Shown here: piece after piece, positions 46,161 through 56,288 of the stretch
How positions within the stretch are numbered: the first letter of the stretch is position 1
How the letters are laid out: each line of letters starts with the position of its first letter
Virus record (IMG/VR): IMGVR_UViG_3300025751_000002
Length of the DNA stretch: 64,000 bases
DNA from: an uncultured virus (IMG/VR IMGVR_UViG_3300025751_000002)
Lineage: Duplodnaviria > Heunggongvirae > Uroviricota > Caudoviricetes
Reading direction: 5' to 3' (one strand)
Program-made: the position numbers and the translations under genes
Notes under the pieces: generated by a model
The model's database searches: none
What the model saw: only the letters and a program-made list of their open reading frames with translations
Told to the model about the DNA's origin: nothing

Positions 46161-47162
46161 TTAGTAATTCCAACGCACCCGTATCTTACTACTGCGGATG
46201 CCCACGTGTACAAAGCCCTTGGAAGCACCATAGCCTAGGGAGTAAGGCCAATGGGCATCGCACCAGGATTGAACAGCATGTGTATCTGCCCCCTGGATGT
46301 AGAAGTCAATTGCTCCTTTAGAGGGCTCGCTGTAAGTGTGCTCACTACCTGGTGCACCGCCCACCTGAGTGTTGATGGGCTCTGGCCTGGAACCACTTGT
46401 GATGATAATTGGCTTACTGCCAAAGGCTAACCTTACTTTTTCCAAAAATAAACACAGTTGTTTTGCAGTATCACATTGATGCTGCTGTTTAAATTTACGT
46501 TCCTTCTGTTGAAGGATTAATTCACCGTACGTAATATTAGGGGTTACTTTAAAGTCAAGAGGACTATTGGGTTTGAAATCATTGTTATATGGATTTGGAT
46601 CATCAGCTCTTCCGATAGTACCAAGCTTGCCATCCATTATTTGAATTAATTTAGAAGCATAGGCTGGATCAGTAGCGTAACCCTCTTTATATAAAAGCTC
46701 TGCGCATTCATTCCTACTATTTGCTCTATTAACTCCTTTATATCTACCAAAGTCCTTGTACCAGCGATCTACAAGGTAATGAACACATGTTTCTATATCA
46801 GGGAAATCAAGAAATCCATCTTTAATAGTTACCCACTTTCCGTTAATAAACTCCTGTGTTGTTGCTGACGTACCTGGCCCCTTAAGGCCAAAGAAGTTAT
46901 TTTTACCTGACGTATGCCTGCCACCTGCTGATTCCAGGCGCCATTGAGCAGCTACGCATTCTGGGAACTTGGCACCAGCTTTCTTTGCAGTTGCTACTAC
47001 GCCGTCCCAGTTATTTAAATCTTCTTGTTTCTTATTTCGATATTTCTCTGCAAATGCATTTAAAACATTGGGATTAACTTGTAATTCAAGCCAATCCCAT
47101 GCTTCGATTTGATGCTGCTCGTTTTGAAAGTATTTTGCAGCATCTCTAAGTTTAATTGTCAC
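46161..47162 (-). CDS. endolysin: GH73 glucosaminidase plus peptidase M15
   Basis: AQWRLES..NNFFGLKG..GYATDPAY and ITSGSR..SEH..AIDF..FVHVG. Confidence 0.85.
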   Translation of the reverse strand: MTIKLRDAAKYFQNEQHQIEAWDWLELQVNPNVLNAFAEKYRNKKQEDLNNWDGVVATAKKAGAKFPECVAAQWRLESAGGRHTSGKNNFFGLKGPGTSATTQEFINGKWVTIKDGFLDFPDIETCVHYLVDRWYKDFGRYKGVNRANSRNECAELLYKEGYATDPAYASKLIQIMDGKLGTIGRADDPNPYNNDFKPNSPLDFKVTPNITYGELILQQKERKFKQQHQCDTAKQLCLFLEKVRLAFGSKPIIITSGSRPEPINTQVGGAPGSEHTYSEPSKGAIDFYIQGADTHAVQSWCDAHWPYSLGYGASKGFVHVGIRSSKIRVRWNY

Positions 47163-47164
47163 TT

Positions 47165-47719
47165 TTACCTCAACCCGTACATATAAATAGTACCAGTTGC
47201 AGCAGTGGGTCCGTTAAAACGAAAAACATCAAAAGGAAGACCGTTTGTGCTTTTTGCTGCAAAATGACCTTCTCTTTCAATAGCACCAAGACTATTGTTT
47301 AATTTGTTTAATACGACTCCCGTGCTAGTAGTTGTAGTAGATCTAAATTGAACTTCAGTTGAATTTGTCCCAAAATCAGGGCAGTTAATAATAATTTCGG
47401 CATCAACAATCCCACTGGTTGTGTTGTAAAACATGTTTGCAACAATAGTGGATAATGTATTCAGCGTAGGATCTTGCAAAGCAGTACTAGATGCATCTGT
47501 ATTGATATTGCCAAGACTACCTAAATTACCTGCTCGAAAAGTAAATGTATTTTGAGATGATGTTATCCATTTTACTTGAAATTTTAACTCTCTAAAATTA
47601 GTAAAATCATAATTAAAAAGAGACGCTGGAGTTAAAGTAATTTCATTAGTGTTAATAATTTTCTGGGCTTCTAATAGAACGTAAGGAGTTTTAGTGTAAG
47701 TAAATAAAGGTGTAGGCAT
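47165..47719 (-). CDS. tail fibre-associated protein
   Basis: ends GTIYMYGLR; coupled to the fibre gene. Confidence 0.55.
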   Translation of the reverse strand: MPTPLFTYTKTPYVLLEAQKIINTNEITLTPASLFNYDFTNFRELKFQVKWITSSQNTFTFRAGNLGSLGNINTDASSTALQDPTLNTLSTIVANMFYNTTSGIVDAEIIINCPDFGTNSTEVQFRSTTTTSTGVVLNKLNNSLGAIEREGHFAAKSTNGLPFDVFRFNGPTAATGTIYMYGLR

Positions 47720-50700
47720 TAGTCAACCCTCCATCCAAAAGTGCTGTTAATGTATGTTAATTTTATTTGTCTATTTAGTAAATGAGGAACAAAAGCAATT
47801 AAATTGTCTGCTATTCCCATAATATTTTCACCGTTTCTACTAATAGTAATGAAAAAAGGATCTCTAAAGCTAGTTGTTCCAACAAATAAATCTTCTTGTA
47901 AATTTACAGGATCCAGTAAAAAACCGACATGGGCGCCTATAGGAGGAGAAGATGGCAAAGTAATATTTACAGAACTAGGAATAACCGGAGGACTAGGAGT
48001 GTATAAATAATACTCTCCATTAGCTAAAGTTTTACTTGATGTTCCAGAAGTAAATGTCTGTGGTACAAAAGGAGTGCTTCCTACTGTAAGTGTTCCAGAT
48101 ACTGTAGCATCTCCCGAAACAATTAAATTATTGTTTACTACTGTACTAGGAGCTGATAATTGAACCGTTATACCAGAAGTATTTAAAGGTATGATTGAAA
48201 ATAAATTTGCAGAAGTACTATAGTTAATTTGGCCAACACCAAAGTTTGATTGACCTGAACCATACCAAATGTTCGCACTTGAAGAAGAAATTATACCAAT
48301 GCCTTCTTGTGAGCCTCCCCCATCAATAATTAAATTGTTAGAGTTTGGGCTGTAATCACTTGCATTTCCTGTGCCAATACTAAGCTTTGCTCCATTAACA
48401 TTTTCAAAACGTGCAACAGTAGCTCCAGATGCAATAACGTCTAATTTATTTGTAAAGTTTTGAGCAAAACCAAGTTTTTCCCCAACTGGCCTATTTCCTA
48501 TATCAAAAGCAGGGCTCGCAGTACTCCCTGGAAGACGCGATTTAACAACACCACCTTCAACAAAAAAACCAAATACACCTGATCTTGCTGTTATTTTTTC
48601 ACCTGAAATAAAAGTACCTGTCAAAGAAGTAAACTGACCAGTTGTTGCTGTCAGTGTTTGATTGACATTTAAATTGGTATTAAATGTAGAAGGTGCTCCA
48701 ACGCTAACTGCTTCAAAAATACCGCTAACTGTATTAACTGTATGCCCTGTAATTAATTGACCTGATAACAAAGAAGTAAATATACCGGTTGCGGAAGTTA
48801 CCGTATTAAATGCATTATTAATAACAATACGGTCAAAGGTACCACTAGTTACATTTAAGGTATTACCTGTAATTGTCTGACCAGAAAGATTTGTATACAC
48901 ACCGGAAGTGCCTTGTACAGTGTTGCCGGTAACTGTATTACCTAAAACAGTACTAAATTTACCACTTACACCTGTGACTGTTTGACCTGTAACTACAGTA
49001 AACCTGCCCGCATTTCCTGTTACCACTAAACCAGAAACTGCCTGGGTAAATGTTCCTGTTGTACCAGTAATATTTGTAAAGCTAAGATTTACACCAGTCG
49101 CGGTTGTAAAAGAACCTGTTACCGCAGTTAGTTTTTGATTAACAGTAAGTTGAGTATTAAAAGTGGAAGGGGCGTCTACGGTAATTGTATTAAAATGACC
49201 ACTGGTTACGTTTAACAAATCACCGGTAATTGTGCCGCCAGAAAGAAATGTAAATGTTCCGGAAGCATTTGTTAATGAAGGAAAATCAACAGTAGCACCT
49301 GAAATATAACTAAATAAACCACTGGCTATGTTGAGTGTATTGCCAGTTAACGTATTAAATTGTCCGTTATTGCCAGTAATTGTTTGTCCTGACAGATAAG
49401 TATAAATGCCGCTATCAGTGGTAATAGAAGGAAGTTGTAAAGTTGTTCCTGAAATGGTTCCAAAAATGCCGGTTGTCGCTTCTACTCGATTTCCAGTTAC
49501 CGTATTAAATTTACCTGTTGTACCACTAACGGTTGTGCCGAATACTTGTGTAGTGAAATTACCGTTAACGCCTGTTAAATTAGTAAACCTGCCTGCATTT
49601 CCAGTTACGACAGCACCGGATAACAGCCCTGGAAAAACACCTGTTTGAATTGTTGCTTGCTGATTGACTGTGATTGTGGTATTAAATGTTGACGGGGCAT
49701 CAACAGTAATGGTATTAAAATGACCACTTGTCGCATTTAATAAATCACCTGTGATTGTTTGGCCTGACAGGTTGGTAAAAGTACCACTATTAACAGTAAA
49801 AGAAGGAAGAGCTAATGTTGCACCTGAAATATAACTAAAAAATCCACTAGTTGCGTTAACTGTTTTGCCAGTTAACGTAGTAAATTGACCTGCATTACCA
49901 GTAATCGTTCCACCTGACAGATTTGTAAAGTTACCAGAAGCTAAGTCCAGAGAAGGAACTTGGATGGTCTGACCGGTAATCTGATTAAATACACCCGTCC
50001 CACCACTGATAACATTTCCAGTTAAGGTATTAAATCTACCCTGGGCGCCGGTAACAGTTTGGCCAAATAATGTATTTGTGTAATAACCGTTTTGACCAGT
50101 TACTGAAGTAAACTTAGCAGTTGTTCCAGTGACAGTTTGTCCTGATAAAACAGCAGTAAATACACCAGTTGCGCTGGTAAGTTTTTCAGTAACAGTCAGT
50201 TGAGAGTTAAAAGTAGAAGGGCCATCAACAGTTGTTGTACTAAAATGACCTGTTGTTGCTTGTACTTTATTGCCTGTAATTAATGTTCCCGATAAATTTG
50301 TAGTAAAAACGCCTGTTTCTGCCGTAATTTTATTTGTATTTTGAATTACTGTAGCTTCAAAAGTAGCGGCAGTAAGTGTGCCTGTAAAATTACCATTATT
50401 AGAATTTACTACTAAACCAGTTATTTGATTGGTTGATTCAAGTGTTTGTGCTTGGACAGTGCCGGATGGTACATTGATCCGCCTAAAAGTACCTGTTCCA
50501 GCATTAACAAAATTACTGGATACTGTTGCAAATGTACCAGACACACCAGTAAGGGATGTTGCCTGAATTGTTGTACCAGTGACCAATGCACTGGAAACTT
50601 GCGACGTAAAATTACCCGTTGTAGCAGTTGCTGTGACAACTGTTAAAGACGTACCAGATATATCAGTGCCCGAGATCGTATTTGCAGTAACAGAATCAAT

Positions 50701-50826
50701 ATTTAGTGCGCCTGTTGCGCTAATTGTTCCAGATACTAAATTAACCAGACCAGACAATGCAATTGTTCTGTCTGCACCGCCATCTGTAAAAGTAACGGTA
50801 TCAATTTTAATACGTCCGTAGGGCAT
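47719..50826 (-). CDS. long Thr/Gly-repeat tail fibre
   Basis: 1035 aa with many SG.TITG/TG.F repeats. Confidence 0.75.
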   Translation of the reverse strand: MPYGRIKIDTVTFTDGGADRTIALSGLVNLVSGTISATGALNIDSVTANTISGTDISGTSLTVVTATATTGNFTSQVSSALVTGTTIQATSLTGVSGTFATVSSNFVNAGTGTFRRINVPSGTVQAQTLESTNQITGLVVNSNNGNFTGTLTAATFEATVIQNTNKITAETGVFTTNLSGTLITGNKVQATTGHFSTTTVDGPSTFNSQLTVTEKLTSATGVFTAVLSGQTVTGTTAKFTSVTGQNGYYTNTLFGQTVTGAQGRFNTLTGNVISGGTGVFNQITGQTIQVPSLDLASGNFTNLSGGTITGNAGQFTTLTGKTVNATSGFFSYISGATLALPSFTVNSGTFTNLSGQTITGDLLNATSGHFNTITVDAPSTFNTTITVNQQATIQTGVFPGLLSGAVVTGNAGRFTNLTGVNGNFTTQVFGTTVSGTTGKFNTVTGNRVEATTGIFGTISGTTLQLPSITTDSGIYTYLSGQTITGNNGQFNTLTGNTLNIASGLFSYISGATVDFPSLTNASGTFTFLSGGTITGDLLNVTSGHFNTITVDAPSTFNTQLTVNQKLTAVTGSFTTATGVNLSFTNITGTTGTFTQAVSGLVVTGNAGRFTVVTGQTVTGVSGKFSTVLGNTVTGNTVQGTSGVYTNLSGQTITGNTLNVTSGTFDRIVINNAFNTVTSATGIFTSLLSGQLITGHTVNTVSGIFEAVSVGAPSTFNTNLNVNQTLTATTGQFTSLTGTFISGEKITARSGVFGFFVEGGVVKSRLPGSTASPAFDIGNRPVGEKLGFAQNFTNKLDVIASGATVARFENVNGAKLSIGTGNASDYSPNSNNLIIDGGGSQEGIGIISSSSANIWYGSGQSNFGVGQINYSTSANLFSIIPLNTSGITVQLSAPSTVVNNNLIVSGDATVSGTLTVGSTPFVPQTFTSGTSSKTLANGEYYLYTPSPPVIPSSVNITLPSSPPIGAHVGFLLDPVNLQEDLFVGTTSFRDPFFITISRNGENIMGIADNLIAFVPHLLNRQIKLTYINSTFGWRVD

Positions 50827-50840
50827 TGTATTTTCCTAAA

Positions 50841-51176
50841 TTAAATACCAATAACAGTCCATGTGGTTCCGTTGTACCAGCACAAAGCTTTTGCGCTACC
50901 TCCTCCTGTTACAGGGTTACCAACAGATGGAGAGTTTGCATCCGTAACAATTACTTGTGTACCTAGCGTGCCTACAGGCAACTCGCTAAACAGGTAAGAA
51001 GAGGGAAGAAGGCTGGCATAGAAACTGCTTAAATATTGTTTGAATTCGGTAAAGGTAATTTTTTTGTTGCGCAGTGTGGGGTCAACTTCAAAAACTGAGA
51101 CCAGAGTTAAAAGGTCTAGCTCTTGAATGTCGGCCCCATTAATTGATGGAAAATCGGTAATACGTCGATTTGACAC
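50841..51176 (-). CDS. tail-associated protein
   Basis: RRITDFP N-terminus; C-terminal LCWYNGTTWTVIG. Confidence 0.6.
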   Translation of the reverse strand: MSNRRITDFPSINGADIQELDLLTLVSVFEVDPTLRNKKITFTEFKQYLSSFYASLLPSSYLFSELPVGTLGTQVIVTDANSPSVGNPVTGGGSAKALCWYNGTTWTVIGI

Positions 51177-51220
51177 CTATCCACTGCTAACTATTCTCTT
51201 TTTATTATAGAGCTGATTAC

Positions 51221-51529
51221 TTAGTTTACCTTAATTTCAATACGTGGCAACACATTGGTTGCAAAGTTCCAAGTCCATTGAATTCCTGTTACAATTCCGC
51301 AAGAAAGCAAAATAACAATGAGGATTTCTGCAACCGTTAAATTACGTCGAACGTAAACAACACGTTGCGGTTGAGGAGGAATAGATACACCCCCTTCTCT
51401 TTGACCCAGTGTTTGTTGTACTGCTGCCTGACGTGCCCTGGCTTTCAGCATCTCCAGCATCTCTGGAGTAATAGGCGGTTCTGATTGCTGGGGAGCAGGT
51501 GGTTGACTAGGGGGAATTTGTTCTTCCAT
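51221..51529 (-). CDS. hypothetical membrane protein
   Basis: C-terminal hydrophobic segment. Confidence 0.6.
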   Translation of the reverse strand: MEEQIPPSQPPAPQQSEPPITPEMLEMLKARARQAAVQQTLGQREGGVSIPPQPQRVVYVRRNLTVAEILIVILLSCGIVTGIQWTWNFATNVLPRIEIKVN

Positions 51530-51580
51530 GTTCCAGGTTGGTTTTTCACAGATTAGCACCTAAAAGAGGTTGTTGAAATT

Positions 51581-51991
51581 ATGCAGTACGGTTTAAGAAA
51601 AAGCCTGTCCGACATTGCGCATGAGTTGAAAGGTATCAGGAATGTCCTTTCTTCCATGTGGCAAAGCCGCTATGCAACAGGAGAAACTGATGGATTGAAT
51701 CCACAGGCTTTTGCTGATGAATACATCTCTACAGAAGAGTGTGGCAAAAGGCTTGGCGTATCTGATCAAACGATACGTAACTGGATTTCAATTGGAAGAA
51801 AAGATCCGTCAAAAGGGTGGACCGAAGGGATCCATTACGTGAACGTATCACCTGATGTAAAACGAAAAGCAGTTATACGTGTCCCCTGGAACTACCTTGT
51901 CCAATCATTTGCGCGTAATGAAAAAACAGATGAAAAGAACTTAAGAGGTACATACAACTTATACAAACCAGACAAGGAATTTCTTGAGTAA
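51581..51991 (+). CDS. HTH (excisionase/MerR-like) DNA-binding protein
   Basis: YISTEECGKRLGVSDQTIRNWI...EGIHY. Confidence 0.7.
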   Translation: MQYGLRKSLSDIAHELKGIRNVLSSMWQSRYATGETDGLNPQAFADEYISTEECGKRLGVSDQTIRNWISIGRKDPSKGWTEGIHYVNVSPDVKRKAVIRVPWNYLVQSFARNEKTDEKNLRGTYNLYKPDKEFLE

Positions 51992-52467
51992 TGGCACATC
52001 GTTTTAAAGGAATCGATATAGATTCAATAACCATCAAAAACCATGTGCAGGAATTACCTGAATCTCTGGTGCTCCAGATTGAAATGTTCTTGCCGCCGGA
52101 AGGTTCGTTTGATGATGGGTGTCTTAGGAGGTACCTGCAAAATTTAAAAAGCTACGAAGAAGAGGATGCTAACTCTGGCATGACACTTGCCAATAGATTG
52201 CGTCTTGCTTTCCTAGATTTAAAACCCGATACAATTTGTGGTAAATTTCCCCAAGCTGAGTTGCCTTTAAAAAGAAGGTTGCGTTGCGTTGCAGAGTATC
52301 TGATACGTTCTGGGGAATTTAGTAAGGTAAGGGATGAAAACGGAAAGCTTCTTAAAAAAAGAGGAGTGTTGGGCAAATTAGTTGTACTATACCAACCAAC
52401 ACAAAAGCTTATAGAATCACTTCATAAACAAGGATTATTAGAAGAATGGACCGCCGAGAAAAATTAA
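51991..52467 (+). CDS. hypothetical protein
   Basis: 158 aa, TAATG-coupled. Confidence 0.65.
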   Translation: MAHRFKGIDIDSITIKNHVQELPESLVLQIEMFLPPEGSFDDGCLRRYLQNLKSYEEEDANSGMTLANRLRLAFLDLKPDTICGKFPQAELPLKRRLRCVAEYLIRSGEFSKVRDENGKLLKKRGVLGKLVVLYQPTQKLIESLHKQGLLEEWTAEKN

Positions 52468-52832
52468 TTGCTTCTGTTATTGGTCCAGAAATGGACGAAA
52501 CAAAAGCAAAGATGCTTGATGCAACAATCAAGTTGGTGCTAGGTGATATGGGCCAGCAATACTGCAAGATGTGGGAGCTGGAAGGTCCAGGTGTAATGGT
52601 GTTTCAACCAAAGAACAAAGAACGTTCGATGTTCTTTTGGACGCTAAAAGAACTGCATGCTGCACAAGAAGATTGTGAACGTAGCAACGAAGGTGATCTA
52701 GCAGAAACATTCCGTCGAATCTTGGCAGCTGCACAGAAGATTGATCCAACGGAAAAAGCTGGTTATGTAATCAACGATAATGAGGGCTTGCGTTACCTTG
52801 AAATTGATTACAACCAGGTGTCTGACAAATGA
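52446..52832 (+). CDS. hypothetical protein
   Basis: 128 aa in the operon. Confidence 0.65.
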   Translation: MDRREKLIASVIGPEMDETKAKMLDATIKLVLGDMGQQYCKMWELEGPGVMVFQPKNKERSMFFWTLKELHAAQEDCERSNEGDLAETFRRILAAAQKIDPTEKAGYVINDNEGLRYLEIDYNQVSDK

Positions 52833-53425
52833 GTGAACATAGGGTACGTAGCGTAACAGCACGTAATGAAGGCGCTGAGCTTATCACGTCATCTGACCTT
52901 GTGATGGCTGCAAATGAACTGATGGGTGGCATTGATCTTGATGTTGCAAGTTCAAAAGTTGCCAACGAATATGTACAAGCTACAGAATATTACACACCAT
53001 CGGATGATGGTTTGAATAGCCAGCAGTGGTACGGAAGTGCTTATTTGTTTCCACCAGCGGGCGCATACTTCTGGGATAAAAAGAATGAACGCTGGAAGAT
53101 GACAAGGGCATCTTCTATTTCATTGACTTCATCCCATGCAGTGTGGTTTCGTCGGATGTACCATGCGTGGTTAGCGAGAGAGATTAAACAAGGTTTATAT
53201 TTCTCCAACTGTCCTGACATGATTCGTTACGAGCCAAAGATCTTCAAGTTTCCAATGTGCATCTTACGAACTGCACCTTATCTATTGTGCAATAAAGATG
53301 GAGAGGTAAAAAGAAAACAAACGTGCACCTCATTCCTTGTCTACTTGCCGCCACAGGATGCTTCCACTGATGCTGTGGATACGTTCGTCAAAGTGTATGG
53401 AGAACGTGGCCATCTCCTTGTTTGA
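52829..53425 (+). CDS. phage N6-adenine methyltransferase-like protein with altered catalytic motif
   Basis: IDLDVASS..AN...YY...DDGL..QWYG.AYLFPPA in place of NPPY. Confidence 0.6.
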   Translation: MSEHRVRSVTARNEGAELITSSDLVMAANELMGGIDLDVASSKVANEYVQATEYYTPSDDGLNSQQWYGSAYLFPPAGAYFWDKKNERWKMTRASSISLTSSHAVWFRRMYHAWLAREIKQGLYFSNCPDMIRYEPKIFKFPMCILRTAPYLLCNKDGEVKRKQTCTSFLVYLPPQDASTDAVDTFVKVYGERGHLLV

Positions 53426-53457
53426 TTTAGTATACTAAAGAGCGATTACAGGGATTT

Positions 53458-54045
53458 ATGAGCGTCCTTGCCGACTGGGAAATCAAAAAACTCGCTGAAG
53501 AAGAGGAGATGATTCAACCTTTTGTTGATCATCTGATCAGTCGTGAGGATGACCGTAAGTTACTTAGCTATGGCCTTAGCTCTTATGGTTACGATATCCG
53601 CCTTTCCCCAAAACAATGCTTGATCTTCGGTAAGGTACAAGCTGGTGATTGTGATCCAAAAGATTTTGATCCCGACATCTTAAAGCCCGCTGATCTCCTG
53701 GAGGATGAACGCGGTAAGTACTTCTTGCTGCCTCCATATGGCTATTGCCTTGGCGTTGCACAAGAACGTTTGAAGTTACCTCGTGACGTTACTGTTGTTG
53801 CTGTAGGTAAATCTACCTATGCACGCTCTGGTATCTTGGTAAACATTACGCCAGCAGAAAGTGGTTGGGAAGGCTACCTGACGCTTGAAATTAGTAATTG
53901 CACTGGTTTGTTCAATCGCATCTATGCGAACGAAGGGATTACTCAATTACTTTTCTATCGTGGTAATCCTTGCCACACTACTTACCAGGATCGGAAAGGT
54001 AAGTATCAAGACCAACCTAATAACGTAGTGTTTTCTCAGGTTTAA
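53458..54045 (+). CDS. dcd: dCTP deaminase
   Basis: SYGLSSYGYDIRL, GKSTYARSG, TLEISN, YANEGITQLLF. Confidence 0.93.
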   Translation: MSVLADWEIKKLAEEEEMIQPFVDHLISREDDRKLLSYGLSSYGYDIRLSPKQCLIFGKVQAGDCDPKDFDPDILKPADLLEDERGKYFLLPPYGYCLGVAQERLKLPRDVTVVAVGKSTYARSGILVNITPAESGWEGYLTLEISNCTGLFNRIYANEGITQLLFYRGNPCHTTYQDRKGKYQDQPNNVVFSQV

Positions 54046-54416
54046 CCAAAGGGTTTGCCGAATTGAATCGAAGGCTTACGGGCGTAGCTCATACCACCGG
54101 CACGCCCGCCTGAGTCCCCAAGAGAAGGTAATTCAACACCATTGATCTCCAAACGTGAGCGTGGTGTTTCTCCATCGATTGTAGGCTCTGCGATACCAGC
54201 ACGTTGGCGGTATCTACCAGCAGTGCGTGCCGCTTTAAAAAATTTAGCTACACGATTTTGTTTACGATTAACCGATTCAGCCGCATCTCTTTTATCTTCA
54301 TCCAGCCTTCTTAGATCTGTGTCATATGCCTGTTCAGGCCGTAGGTCAGATACTTCAGCTCCAGAAGTACCTGAATCCTGCCGAGGATCGTATGTAGGTC
54401 TTAATATGTTTGCCAT
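54042..54416 (-). CDS. hypothetical protein
   Basis: ATG 54416 with TACAATAA upstream. Confidence 0.6.
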   Translation of the reverse strand: MANILRPTYDPRQDSGTSGAEVSDLRPEQAYDTDLRRLDEDKRDAAESVNRKQNRVAKFFKAARTAGRYRQRAGIAEPTIDGETPRSRLEINGVELPSLGDSGGRAGGMSYARKPSIQFGKPFG

Positions 54417-54452
54417 CTTATTATTGTAAAAGAAGTAAATCAACTAATTGCT

Positions 54453-54797
54453 GTGATGCATTCTGCTGCAAGCTTTCTGGATAACTTTGTCAAAGATGAA
54501 GTTAGTTGCCGTTGTTTGACTGATGAAACATTCGGTCAACCTCTCGCTAATGAAGAAAATGACGTACCATTGTATGACATGTACAATCGAGGTTTAGTGG
54601 CATGCGAGAGTGGATTGGAACGGAAACAACTGAATTTAGAGGGAGCACGTCTGGGAACGACGGGCTATATTCCTTCAATGGAGGAAGGGATGGAAATGGG
54701 AGCATCACCGAGGTCCAAGACGCTGGTAATGGAGCTGGAGGAGCCGGACGAGAAGGAGATGATGCTGTCGGCCAAAAGACGTGGTTTGATGCGGTAG
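54453..54797 (+). CDS. hypothetical protein
   Basis: 114-aa ORF. Confidence 0.55.
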   Translation: MMHSAASFLDNFVKDEVSCRCLTDETFGQPLANEENDVPLYDMYNRGLVACESGLERKQLNLEGARLGTTGYIPSMEEGMEMGASPRSKTLVMELEEPDEKEMMLSAKRRGLMR

Positions 54798-54805
54798 ATG
54801 AAAGT

Positions 54806-55072
54806 ATGGAATGCAAGGATGGTGTGTGTCCTGTCCCCTGGTTAAAAAAACCTACTGACACCGATTACGTAAACCATCCTCCTCATTACACAGAAGGCGG
54901 GCTTGAATGCATTGAAGCAATTGAAGCCCAGCTTACACCAGAGGAATATCGTGGTTATCTAAAAGGTAATATTGCCAAGTATGTTTGGCGTGAGAAACAT
55001 AAAGGTGGCACTGAATCACTTAGGAAAGCGTCCTGGTATTTAGAACGCCTTATTGGATTCGATAAGGACTAG
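54806..55072 (+). CDS. DUF3310 (T7 gp1.7-like) protein
   Basis: VNHPPHY..GGLECIEAI...GNIAKYVWR..HKGG.ESLRKASWYL. Confidence 0.8.
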   Translation: MECKDGVCPVPWLKKPTDTDYVNHPPHYTEGGLECIEAIEAQLTPEEYRGYLKGNIAKYVWREKHKGGTESLRKASWYLERLIGFDKD

Positions 55073-55353
55073 AAAGGTTGTAGATCATCATCTTCGTCGT
55101 CGTCTTGCAAACAAGCGGCGGCGAGTTCTGCTAATTCAATATCAGTTGGATGATCCCAATCAATTTCAATTTCTTCTTCTGCCATGATGTTTTTAATGGC
55201 GTGCCATTCCATCATTCGTTGATGGTACAGATTAAGAAGTGCACACCGTAACTCTTCCCACGTCATTTCCTGGGACTCCACCTCAGCTTTGCGCATTGCA
55301 AATTGAAGTTCCAGGGGCAGTGCGAACTCCCGTGGTTCTACTGAATGCTCCAT
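55069..55353 (-). CDS. nblA: NblA-like phycobilisome degradation protein
   Basis: LPLELQFAMRK...QEMTWEELRCALLNLYHQRMM matches the NblA helix-loop-helix pattern. Confidence 0.7.
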   Translation of the reverse strand: MEHSVEPREFALPLELQFAMRKAEVESQEMTWEELRCALLNLYHQRMMEWHAIKNIMAEEEIEIDWDHPTDIELAELAAACLQDDDEDDDLQPF

Positions 55354-55383
55354 TCCGGTCTTCATGCTTTTGATGAAATTATT

Positions 55384-56049
55384 CTAATCGTAGCTGTTAA
55401 AGATAGAATCCAGGGCGGAATCACAAAAGTCAAGCCACGGATCCTCATCAATGCAAAAATCGTTGGCAAATTCAGAAAGTAAATAAGGATTTAACTTTTC
55501 TTCAAGATTGCGTATTGCTCTGACCTGATGCGGAGATGCGCAGTAATTACGGAATGCTTTCAATAAGATTTCCGTTGATGACCAGGGGTTTGCTTCAACT
55601 TCTTGTAGGAACAAGTTGATCTCTTCCCTTCTGCGATCCAGAAGTCCACCAATTACTTTGTGGTATTCATCAAAGATCCATTTGCCTATTTCCTCTGTAG
55701 CACCAGAGAAATCTTCTGCTTCAATGCAATCAATCACACTGCTGTACAGAAAAGCGTCCCAGCCTACGGAATGGACAAATGATACTAGGGCCTGATGCAT
55801 GGATCCATCAAGACCAAGGTTGAGTTTTAATAGTTGATTTTCAATAACTGATAATTCATGGAAAAGATATTCCAGTGCTTTTTCTTTTGTACAGCACTGG
55901 CCTTTTTTGACGGGAGAACCATCGGGATAGAACTGTGTCCCATACCCGATGGTATAAGGTTCACCACCTGTATGGGGATCAGGGTATGCCTTTTCGTTAA
56001 ACCCTTCGTATTTACGAATTAGATTAACGGCATGCGAAAGATCCGCCAT
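55384..56049 (-). CDS. GH24 phage lysozyme
   Basis: IRKYEG...AYPD...YTIGYG (E-x8-D), GLLDRRREE. Confidence 0.85.
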   Translation of the reverse strand: MADLSHAVNLIRKYEGFNEKAYPDPHTGGEPYTIGYGTQFYPDGSPVKKGQCCTKEKALEYLFHELSVIENQLLKLNLGLDGSMHQALVSFVHSVGWDAFLYSSVIDCIEAEDFSGATEEIGKWIFDEYHKVIGGLLDRRREEINLFLQEVEANPWSSTEILLKAFRNYCASPHQVRAIRNLEEKLNPYLLSEFANDFCIDEDPWLDFCDSALDSIFNSYD

Positions 56050-56084
56050 GGAAGTAACTACTATTACTTCCAATCATACACAAT

Positions 56085-56207
56085 TTATTTACCTTGCCCT
56101 CGACGCAACTTACGTCCATGACTTGCCTTGGAATGCTGGCCGTTACCTTGCTTAGTTTTCTTGGGCTTGGAAACAATCAACAGGGCATTGGACTTGGGCT
56201 TAGCCAT
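56085..56207 (-). CDS. 40-aa basic peptide (below track cutoff)
   Basis: MAKPKS...KPKKTKQGNGQHSK...RRGQGK*. Confidence 0.6.
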   Translation of the reverse strand: MAKPKSNALLIVSKPKKTKQGNGQHSKASHGRKLRRGQGK

Positions 56208-56288
56208 CGTGTCAAATGAGTAGCTCCTAAAGCTTAGCGCAAAAAGTACCAGGGGCAAGACTACTTAATCTCATCACCACTTCACCTT

